Shown piece by piece: positions 45,596-53,210 of a stretch of 64,000 nt of DNA. The stretch lies in contig DATESL010000025.1 in the NCBI GenBank assembly GCA_035270825.1, positions 914 to 64,913 of the forward strand, written 5' to 3'. The notes under the pieces were generated by a model. It made no database searches, was not told the DNA's origin, and was given only the letters and a program-made list of their open reading frames with translations. How positions within the stretch are numbered: the stretch's first letter is position 1; every line of letters starts with the position of its first letter. The DNA is from Candidatus Onthovivens sp. Its GTDB lineage: Bacteria > Bacillota_I > Bacilli_A > RFN20 > CAG-826. The position numbers were made by a program, and so were the translations under genes.

Positions 45596-47701
45596 ATGAG
45601 CGATAAGGAAATTAAAACTGTGGAACTAGAAAATCCAGAGATTGAAGAGGAAGATAAAACCATCTCGAAAGATGATGGCTTTAATGAGGTTGATAAAGCA
45701 GTTTCTAATCAAATCAAAGATAAAATTATTAAAATTGATGATGAACGTGCCTTTGAACGAGGCGCTGAAAGTTATACAGCAACTAACCTTGATGTTTTAG
45801 AAGGTTTAGAGGGGGTCCGTAAAAGACCTAGTATGTATATTGGAACAACTAACTCGACTGGTCTTCATCATTTAATTTGGGAAATTGTTGATAACGCAAT
45901 TGATGAAGCACTTGCTGGATATTGTGATGAAATAAAAGTTACAATTAATGATGATAATAGTATCAGTGTTGAAGATAACGGACGCGGAATCCCTGTGGAT
46001 ATTGTCTCAAAATCAAAAAAGAGCGGAGTTGAAACTGTTTTTACAATGCTTCATGCTGGTGGTAAATTTGGTAATAATGGTGGTTATAAAGTTAGTGGTG
46101 GATTACATGGTGTTGGAGCAAGTGTTGTTAATGCGCTTAGTGAATGGGTTCAAGTTAATGTTTATAAAGAGGGCAAAGAATATCAAATCCGTTTTGCTAA
46201 CGGCGGCCATACCGTAGCTCCATTATCAGAAGTTGGAAAAACGACAAAACACGGGACACTGGTGACTTTTAAACCTGATCCAACTATCTTTAAAGAAACA
46301 ACTGTTTATACTTACGAGACTGTTAAAAATAGAGTCCGTCAAATGGCTTTCTTAAATAAAGCAATTCGAATTACTTTAACTGATTTAAGAGTTACTCCCG
46401 CTCATACTGATTCCTTTAAATTTGATGGAGGAATTATTGAATATGTTAAATATCTTAATCGTAATAATGAAGTTTTAATTCCAAATGTTTTTTACTGTCA
46501 TGATGCTCAAGTATTTACGGGAAACGGGATTGAAGAAACAATTATTGTTGAAATTGCCATGCAATATACCAACGAATATAAAGATTCGCTTTATTCCTTC
46601 TGTAATAATGTTAATACTGGGAACGGGGGAACTCATGAGGATGGATTAAACCTTGCCATGACCCGTATTTTTAATAACTATGCTCGTTTTAATAAAATTT
46701 TAAAAGAGAACGATAAAGAAAAATTCTCTTATGATGATTGTAAAGAAGGTCTAACAGCAATTATTTCCGTCAAACACCCTAACCCACAATATGAGGGGCA
46801 AACAAAAGGGAAACTTGGAAACGCTGAAGTTAAAAAGATTGTCTCAAACATTGCTGGAGAAGCTTTAGAGAGATTTTTAAATGAAAATAAAGATGTCGCC
46901 ATTGCTATCGTTCATAAAATTAGAGGAGCTTATGAGGCTCGTTTATCGGCTAAAAATGCTCGTGATAATGCTCGTAAAAAAACTGGTTTGGAACAAATGA
47001 CTTTACCTGGAAAATTAGCAGATTGTAGTTCAAATAATCCTGAAGAATGTGAATTATTTATTGTTGAAGGAAACTCCGCAGGAGGTTCTGCCAAACAAGG
47101 TCGTGATTCACGCTATCAAGCAATTTTACCTTTAAGAGGAAAAATTTTAAATGTCCAAAAAGCTCAATCTCACCGTATTTTAGAAAATGCCGAAGTTGGA
47201 AATATGATTGTGGCAATTGGAGCTGGAATTAATGAAGATTTTAATATTGAAAAAGTTCGTTATCACAAAGTTGTTATTATGACCGATGCTGATGTTGATG
47301 GTTCTCATATTCGAGTCTTGCTTTTAACATTCTTTAATCGTTTTATGAAGCCATTAATTGATAAGGGATATGTTTATATTGCTCAACCTCCACTTTATAA
47401 GGTGGAATACCGCGGGAAAGCTTACTATGCTTATTCTGATGAACAACTTGATGATTTAAGAACTAAATTACAATTAAAAGAAGGTTATCCATATCAACGC
47501 TATAAGGGTCTTGGTGAAATGGATGCTGATCAATTAGAAGAAACAACAATGGATCCAAAAGCTCGTAGAATGTTACGAGTAACAGTTGAAGATGCAATTG
47601 CTGCTGATGAGATTTTTGATGATTTAATGGGTGAACCAGTTGAGCCACGCAGCAAATTTATTGCTGAGAATGCTCAATTTGTTAAGAACTTAGATATTTA
47701 A
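45596..47701 (+). CDS. gyrB: DNA gyrase subunit B (with a roughly 50-aa acidic N-terminal extension)
   Basis: LEGLEGVRKRPSMYIG, the GHKL ATPase motifs, the Toprim EGNSAGGSAKQGRD, and PLRGKILNV. ATG 45596 lies 6 nt after GGAGGA; the ORF-track TTG 45590 is less likely. Confidence 0.95.
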   Translation: MSDKEIKTVELENPEIEEEDKTISKDDGFNEVDKAVSNQIKDKIIKIDDERAFERGAESYTATNLDVLEGLEGVRKRPSMYIGTTNSTGLHHLIWEIVDNAIDEALAGYCDEIKVTINDDNSISVEDNGRGIPVDIVSKSKKSGVETVFTMLHAGGKFGNNGGYKVSGGLHGVGASVVNALSEWVQVNVYKEGKEYQIRFANGGHTVAPLSEVGKTTKHGTLVTFKPDPTIFKETTVYTYETVKNRVRQMAFLNKAIRITLTDLRVTPAHTDSFKFDGGIIEYVKYLNRNNEVLIPNVFYCHDAQVFTGNGIEETIIVEIAMQYTNEYKDSLYSFCNNVNTGNGGTHEDGLNLAMTRIFNNYARFNKILKENDKEKFSYDDCKEGLTAIISVKHPNPQYEGQTKGKLGNAEVKKIVSNIAGEALERFLNENKDVAIAIVHKIRGAYEARLSAKNARDNARKKTGLEQMTLPGKLADCSSNNPEECELFIVEGNSAGGSAKQGRDSRYQAILPLRGKILNVQKAQSHRILENAEVGNMIVAIGAGINEDFNIEKVRYHKVVIMTDADVDGSHIRVLLLTFFNRFMKPLIDKGYVYIAQPPLYKVEYRGKAYYAYSDEQLDDLRTKLQLKEGYPYQRYKGLGEMDADQLEETTMDPKARRMLRVTVEDAIAADEIFDDLMGEPVEPRSKFIAENAQFVKNLDI

Positions 47702-47716
47702 GGAAGGGAGAATGAT

Positions 47717-50287
47717 ATGAATTTTGATGAAAAAGATGAAATCCTAGAAGTTAATGAAAATGAAACTTTAGAAGATGGAAATAATGATGATTTTGGTGGG
47801 GCAGAGCATGGAATTAAAGCCGCTCTGGTCGACACTGAAATTGTTAAAGAAGTAAAATCCTCCTTTTTAGATTATGCCATGAGTGTTATTGTGGCTCGTG
47901 CTTTACCTGATGTTCGTGACGGCTTAAAACCTGTTCACCGCCGCGTTATTTTTTCAATGAATGAAGCTGGATATACGCCAGAAAAACCATTTGTTAAATC
48001 CGCTAAAGTTGTTGGTGATGTTATGGGTAAATATCACCCTCATGGTGATTCAGCAATTTATGGAACGATTGTTCGTTTAGCTCAATATTTCTCGATGCGT
48101 TATATGTTAATCGAAGGACATGGTAACTTTGGGACGATGGATGGAGATGAAGCTGCTGCAATGCGTTATACTGAATGTCGCTTAGCTAAATTAAGTAATG
48201 AAATGGTTAAAAACATTGATAGCGATACAGTTGATTTTACTCCTAACTATGATGGTAGTTTAAAAGAACCAGTTGTTTTACCATCACGCTTTCCTAACCT
48301 TTTAGTTAATGGAAGTGAGGGGATTGCAGTTGGAATGGCAACTAAAATGCCACCTCATAACTTAAAAGAAGTCATTGATGGATTAATTTTTTATGCTCAT
48401 AACCCTGATTGCGAAGTTGGGGATTTAATGAATATTATTAAAGGTCCTGATTTTCCTATGGGCGGGATTGTTTTTGGATTGAGCGGAATTAAAGAAGCTT
48501 ATACGACAGGACGCGGGAAATTTAAAATTCGTGCTCGTAGTATTATTGAAGAAAAACCAAACCAGAAAAGCAAAATTATTATTACAGAAATTCCTTATAT
48601 GACAAATAAGGCCGATTTAGTGAGTAAAATCTCTGAATTAGCTCGTGATAAAAAGATTGAAGGGATTACGGGGATTAAAGATTATTCAAAAAGAAACGTT
48701 CATATTGAAATCGAATGTCGTCGTGATGTTGTTCCTCAAGTTGTTTTAAATCAATTATATAAAAACACTAAATTAGAAGTAAGTTTTGGAATTATTAATC
48801 TTTGTATTGTCAAAGGAACTCCTCAAGTTTTAACTTTAAAAGAGATCTTATCCAAATACTTAGAATTCCAAATTGAAGTTGTTACTCGTCGTACTAAATT
48901 CTTTTTAAAGAAAGATTTAGAGAGAAAACATATTGTTGATGGATTATTAATTGTTCATGATGCAATTGATGAAGTTATTAAAATGGCTCGTAGTTCAAGC
49001 ACTCCTTTAGAATTTAGCGAAAAATTAATTGAAAGATTTGCTTTTAGCGAATTACAAGCAAAAGCAGTTGTTGCTATGACGCTTGGTCGCTTAACTGGTT
49101 TAGAAACCCAAAAATTACTTGATGAAAAAGCTGGCCTTGAAGAAAATATTGCTAAATATAATAAAATTTTAGAAAGCCGCGAAAATATAATTGATGTAAT
49201 TGAAGAAGAATTAAATGAAGTAAAAAGAAGATTTGGTGATGACCGTAAAACCGAAATCTCCACGGAAGCCCTCTCAATTGAGGATGAAGACTTAATTCCT
49301 GTTGAAGATGTTATTATTACATTAACCTCAAAAGGTTATATTAAAAGAATGGCGAGTGCAGAATTTAAATCTCAAAGACGCGGCGGGATTGGAGTTAAGG
49401 GAATGACAACTTATAGTGATGATGAGGTTGAACAAATCCGTCATGCTAATACTCATACCGATATTTTATTCTTTACTAATTCTGGTAAGGTTTATCGTAA
49501 AAGAGTTCATGAAATATTAGATGCTGGTCGTTTATCAAAGGGAATTCCTGTTCGTAATCTTTTAGATTTAGATAATAAAGAAAGTGTTGTTTCTTTAATT
49601 ACCGTTAATGATTATGAAAATAAATTTCTCTTCCTTGCAACAAAACAAGGGATCGTTAAACGTGTTAAATTAGAAGAATTTATTCGTATTAATGTTAATG
49701 GTAAAAAAGCTATTACCTTTAAAGAAAATGATTCATTACTTGGAGTTAAAGTTACTAACGGAAACGCTAAAATTTTACTTGCTAGTAATGTTGGACAACT
49801 TTGTTTCTTTGATGAAAATGAAATTCGAGCAATGGGTAGAAGTGCTAGTGGTGTTAAAGGAATGAGACTTAAAAATGAGCACTTCCTTGTTTCACTTGCA
49901 ACCTCTTTAGAGGGTGATTTAGTCTTTGTTATTGCTGAAAAAGGAATTGGAAAATTATCATCAATTAATGATTATCGCCAAACACATCGTAACTCACTTG
50001 GAGTTAAAACTATAAAACTAACCGAGAAATCGGGCGATTTATGCGGAATGAAGGTTGTAAATGGTTATGAAGACTATCTTGCTATTACCAACTCTGGAGT
50101 CTTAGTTAGAACTCCACTTTCTGAAGTTAGAGTTTGTGGCCGTAATTCTCAAGGGGTCAAAGTTATTAGTTTAAGAGATAACCAAATTGTTTCCAGTTTT
50201 GCAATCGTGCCTAATGTAATTATTGAAGATGAAGTTGAAACCGAAAATAAAATCAGTGAGGAAAATACCTTAACCGAGGAAGAATAA
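47717..50287 (+). CDS. gyrA: DNA gyrase subunit A
   Basis: SFLDYAMSVIVARALPDVRDGLKPVHRR, the QRDR-like HPHGDSAIYGT, the active-site region AAMRYTE, and a beta-pinwheel CTD with the GyrA-box-like QRRGGIGVKG. Confidence 0.96.
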   Translation: MNFDEKDEILEVNENETLEDGNNDDFGGAEHGIKAALVDTEIVKEVKSSFLDYAMSVIVARALPDVRDGLKPVHRRVIFSMNEAGYTPEKPFVKSAKVVGDVMGKYHPHGDSAIYGTIVRLAQYFSMRYMLIEGHGNFGTMDGDEAAAMRYTECRLAKLSNEMVKNIDSDTVDFTPNYDGSLKEPVVLPSRFPNLLVNGSEGIAVGMATKMPPHNLKEVIDGLIFYAHNPDCEVGDLMNIIKGPDFPMGGIVFGLSGIKEAYTTGRGKFKIRARSIIEEKPNQKSKIIITEIPYMTNKADLVSKISELARDKKIEGITGIKDYSKRNVHIEIECRRDVVPQVVLNQLYKNTKLEVSFGIINLCIVKGTPQVLTLKEILSKYLEFQIEVVTRRTKFFLKKDLERKHIVDGLLIVHDAIDEVIKMARSSSTPLEFSEKLIERFAFSELQAKAVVAMTLGRLTGLETQKLLDEKAGLEENIAKYNKILESRENIIDVIEEELNEVKRRFGDDRKTEISTEALSIEDEDLIPVEDVIITLTSKGYIKRMASAEFKSQRRGGIGVKGMTTYSDDEVEQIRHANTHTDILFFTNSGKVYRKRVHEILDAGRLSKGIPVRNLLDLDNKESVVSLITVNDYENKFLFLATKQGIVKRVKLEEFIRINVNGKKAITFKENDSLLGVKVTNGNAKILLASNVGQLCFFDENEIRAMGRSASGVKGMRLKNEHFLVSLATSLEGDLVFVIAEKGIGKLSSINDYRQTHRNSLGVKTIKLTEKSGDLCGMKVVNGYEDYLAITNSGVLVRTPLSEVRVCGRNSQGVKVISLRDNQIVSSFAIVPNVIIEDEVETENKISEENTLTEEE

Positions 50288-50288
50288 A

Positions 50289-51311
50289 ATGAAGGTTTTA
50301 ATTTATTTTGATCCAAAATCAAAACTAGATAATTTTGAAGGAACGCGTATTCGTCGTAGTTTAAAAAGTGCTCTTGAATACCAAGATGAGTCTTACTTTT
50401 CATCCCCTTTAAGTAGTGGTTATGAAGTAGTTCATTTTATTGATTTAACCGAAATTAATAAATTCAAAAAAGAGTATGGAAAGAATTTTAAATTTGTCTT
50501 AAGTCTTTTATCGACTGAGGCAGATTTAACAATCCCCTCTCTTTTTAAAGCAGCAACTAATAAATTAGAAGAAGGTAATTTTGTTGCTAAAAGAAAACAA
50601 CTAGAAATTATTAATTCAGTGGATTTAGTTTTTGCTCCTTCAGAACTGGCTAAAAAATATTTAATTGAAAAAGGAGTCACGGCTCGAATTGAAGTTTTAC
50701 CAATTCCTTTAAGAATTACCCGTTTTGATATTAGTTTAAATCCTTTAAAAACTGCTATTTTTTCTCATTTTCAGTTTCCTGAAGAAACTAAACTAATCGT
50801 TTCAGTTATTGATTATCGAGATGAGGCAGCTTTTGAAAAAATAAAGAAGTTAGCGGAAAAGTTTCCTGAATATAAATTTATTTGTATCTCACATACTACT
50901 AATCGAAATCATCTTTCGATTCGTTTTAGAAACAATCTTAAAAAGATTCCTCGTAACTTATTATTTATTGAGCCCTTAACAAACGATTTATATTCTTCTC
51001 TCCTTTATAATGCTTCAATTTTTGTTAGTTGTAATTCAAATTATGGTAATGATATTGAAGTCTATGAAGCAATGGTTTCTAAAACTCAAATTCTTGCCTT
51101 AAAAGGATCGATTTTTGAAGATATTGCAATTGATAAGGAAAATTCCTATGTATATAATAGTTTTGATGCTTTAATTGATGGGATTGATAGTTTTTTTAAT
51201 GAACGAATGGAATTAACAATTGAAAAAGCTGCTCAATTTTGTAAAAAAGCTTCATATAAAAGTATTGGTGTTGATTTGATTAAATTTTATAAGGAATTAG
51301 AAGGAGAATAA
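50289..51311 (+). CDS. Divergent GT-B (GT4-like) glycosyltransferase-like protein
   Basis: 340 aa. Rossmann-like MKVLIYF N-terminus. The C-terminal block NASIFVSCNSNYGNDIEVYEAMVSKTQILAL aligns to the GT4 EX7E region, but the first Glu is missing. The gene abuts gyrA (1-nt gap) and serS (2-nt gap). Confidence 0.5.
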   Translation: MKVLIYFDPKSKLDNFEGTRIRRSLKSALEYQDESYFSSPLSSGYEVVHFIDLTEINKFKKEYGKNFKFVLSLLSTEADLTIPSLFKAATNKLEEGNFVAKRKQLEIINSVDLVFAPSELAKKYLIEKGVTARIEVLPIPLRITRFDISLNPLKTAIFSHFQFPEETKLIVSVIDYRDEAAFEKIKKLAEKFPEYKFICISHTTNRNHLSIRFRNNLKKIPRNLLFIEPLTNDLYSSLLYNASIFVSCNSNYGNDIEVYEAMVSKTQILALKGSIFEDIAIDKENSYVYNSFDALIDGIDSFFNERMELTIEKAAQFCKKASYKSIGVDLIKFYKELEGE

Positions 51312-51313
51312 AA

Positions 51314-52594
51314 ATGTTAGATATTAATTACATTTTAGAGAAGAGAGAAGAAGTTAAAAAACTTTTAGAGAAGAAAGGATTTGAGGCTCATATTGATGAA
51401 TTATGCTTAATGATTGAAGCTAAAAGAGTTTTACAAAAGAAAGTTGAAGATAATCGTGCCATGCAAAATAAACTCTCAAAAAGTGTTGGAGAAGTGAAAA
51501 AAACTGGCGGTGATGTTAAGGAGATCTTCCTCAAAGTTAAAGAATTAGCTAGTAGCATTAAAGATGATGAAGAAAAGTTAAAGAAATATGAAGAAGATAT
51601 TAATCTTATTTATGTTGCTCTTCCTAATCTTCCTGATGATGACCTTTTAAGCGGGGGAAAAGAAAACAATAAAGAAATTTATCGTTATAAAGATCAACCT
51701 AAATTTAGTTTTCCTATTAAAAATCACGTTGAACTTGCTGAAGAATTAGGTTTAATTGATTATGTTCGTGGAGCAAAAGTTTCTGGTTCAGGAACCTGGT
51801 TTTACACAGGACTAGGAGCTCGTCTTGAGTGGGCTTTATTAAACTTTTTTATAAATACTCATCTTAATGATGGTTTTGAAATGATTATTCCTCCACATAT
51901 ATTAAATTATCAAAGCGGATTTACTGCTGGACAATTCCCTAAATTTGAAGAAGATATCTTTGTTTTAAAAGATGTTGAACCATTTAAATTTTTACTACCT
52001 ACTGCTGAAACTGCTCTTGTTAATTTTCATCGTGATGAAATAATTGATGGCTCTGAATTACCTAAAAAATACTTTGCTTATACTCCATGTTATCGTAAAG
52101 AAGCTGGATCTTATCGCTCAGAAGAAAGAGGGATGATTCGCGGATATCAATTTAATAAGGTTGAGATGGTTGAATATACAAAAGCTGAAGATTCAGACCG
52201 TGCTTTTGATGAATTAGTAAATAAAGCAAAATTCTTAATTGAATCTTTAGGTCTACACTTTAGAATGTCAAAGTTAGCAGCTGGAGATTGTTCTCATGCC
52301 ATGGCTCGTACCTATGATTTAGAAATCTATTTACCTTCCCTTGATATTTATAAGGAAGTTAGTAGTGTTTCAAATGCTCGTGATTATCAATCAAGACGCG
52401 GATTAATGAGATATAAGGATGAAAATGGTAAGATTTTATACATGCATACCTTAAATGGCAGCGGACTTGCTACATCGCGTATCTTCCCAGCTTTATTAGA
52501 ACAATGTCAAAATGAAGATGGCAGTGTGACGATTCCTGAAGTCCTTCGTCCATACATGGGCAACATTAGTGTTTTAAAAAAAATAAAAGAATAG
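51314..52594 (+). CDS. serS: Serine--tRNA ligase
   Basis: MLDINYILEKREEV coiled-coil arm, class II motifs (YTPCYRKEAGS, GSGLATSR), and 426 aa. Confidence 0.95.
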   Translation: MLDINYILEKREEVKKLLEKKGFEAHIDELCLMIEAKRVLQKKVEDNRAMQNKLSKSVGEVKKTGGDVKEIFLKVKELASSIKDDEEKLKKYEEDINLIYVALPNLPDDDLLSGGKENNKEIYRYKDQPKFSFPIKNHVELAEELGLIDYVRGAKVSGSGTWFYTGLGARLEWALLNFFINTHLNDGFEMIIPPHILNYQSGFTAGQFPKFEEDIFVLKDVEPFKFLLPTAETALVNFHRDEIIDGSELPKKYFAYTPCYRKEAGSYRSEERGMIRGYQFNKVEMVEYTKAEDSDRAFDELVNKAKFLIESLGLHFRMSKLAAGDCSHAMARTYDLEIYLPSLDIYKEVSSVSNARDYQSRRGLMRYKDENGKILYMHTLNGSGLATSRIFPALLEQCQNEDGSVTIPEVLRPYMGNISVLKKIKE

Positions 52595-52606
52595 TATAAT
52601 TATTAA

Positions 52607-52689
52607 GCCATTGCAATTTGTATTTTCGAACCAGGTCAGGATGGGAACATAGCAGCCTTAAGATTTTTTACAAATGTGCAATGGTTTTA
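52607..52689 (+). ncRNA. ffs: Signal recognition particle RNA, minimal (4.5S-like, domain IV only)
   Basis: A single long hairpin: GCCATTGCA (52607-52615) pairs with TGCAATGGT (52677-52685). The apex ACCAGGTCAGG-ATG-GGAA-CAT-AGCAGCC is the conserved SRP helix 8, with a GGAA tetraloop and AGCA loop. TATAAT lies at 52595-52600 and a T-run follows the hairpin. Confidence 0.85.
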
Positions 52690-52700
52690 TTTTAAAAAGA

Positions 52701-53153
52701 ATGATTAAAACAAACGAATATTATATGAACCTGGCTTTAAAAGAAGCCAAAAAAGCGAGCAAGAAAAAAGAAGTTCCAGTTGGAGCAATTTTAGTTGATG
52801 AGTCAGGTAAAATAATTGCTAAAGCTCATAATAAAAGAACTATTAAAAGTGATGTTAGTGCTCATGCCGAAGTATTGGTTTTAAGGAAAGCTGCAAAAAA
52901 AGTTAAAGAATGGCGTTTACCAAATTTAACTCTTTTTGTAACTTTAGAACCTTGTTTGATGTGTGCTAGTGCGATTGTTCAATCACGAATTAAAGAAATT
53001 GTAATTGGAGCACAAGAATTTAAAAGTGGTTCTTTTGGATCAACACACGATATTTTAAAACTAGAGAATTATAAGATGAAAGTAGAGAGAGGAATTCTTG
53101 AAAAAGAGTCCCTAGATTTGCTTAAAAAATTCTTTAAAGAGTTAAGAAATTAG
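52701..53153 (+). CDS. tadA: tRNA adenosine(34) deaminase TadA
   Basis: YYMNLALKEAKKA, the zinc motifs HAEVLVL and PCLMCASAI. The ORF-track start (52674) lies inside the SRP RNA hairpin, so ATG 52701 is preferred. Confidence 0.9.
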   Translation: MIKTNEYYMNLALKEAKKASKKKEVPVGAILVDESGKIIAKAHNKRTIKSDVSAHAEVLVLRKAAKKVKEWRLPNLTLFVTLEPCLMCASAIVQSRIKEIVIGAQEFKSGSFGSTHDILKLENYKMKVERGILEKESLDLLKKFFKELRN

Positions 53154-53163
53154 TAGATTAAAA

Positions 53164-53186
53164 ATCTTGTTGTATTACAATAAGAT
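53164..53186 (+). promoter_or_regulatory. Candidate operator upstream of the MacB-type ABC / TetR operon
   Basis: A 23-bp palindrome, ATCTTGTTGTA-t-TACAATAAGAT (one mismatched pair), about 25 nt upstream of the start codon. Confidence 0.4.
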
Positions 53187-53210
53187 AGTAGAAAAAGGGA
53201 GGAAAACGAA

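Noticed and set aside
50149-50680. Minus-strand ORFs (50149-50403 and 50432-50680) opposite the gyrA end and the GT-like gene
   Set aside because: They are antisense to tightly coupled plus-strand genes. The sequences are low-complexity and show no start-site signals.
52674-52700. ORF-track start of tadA at 52674
   Set aside because: It lies within the 3' arm of the SRP RNA hairpin. The TadA-conserved sequence starts later, so ATG 52701 is preferred.
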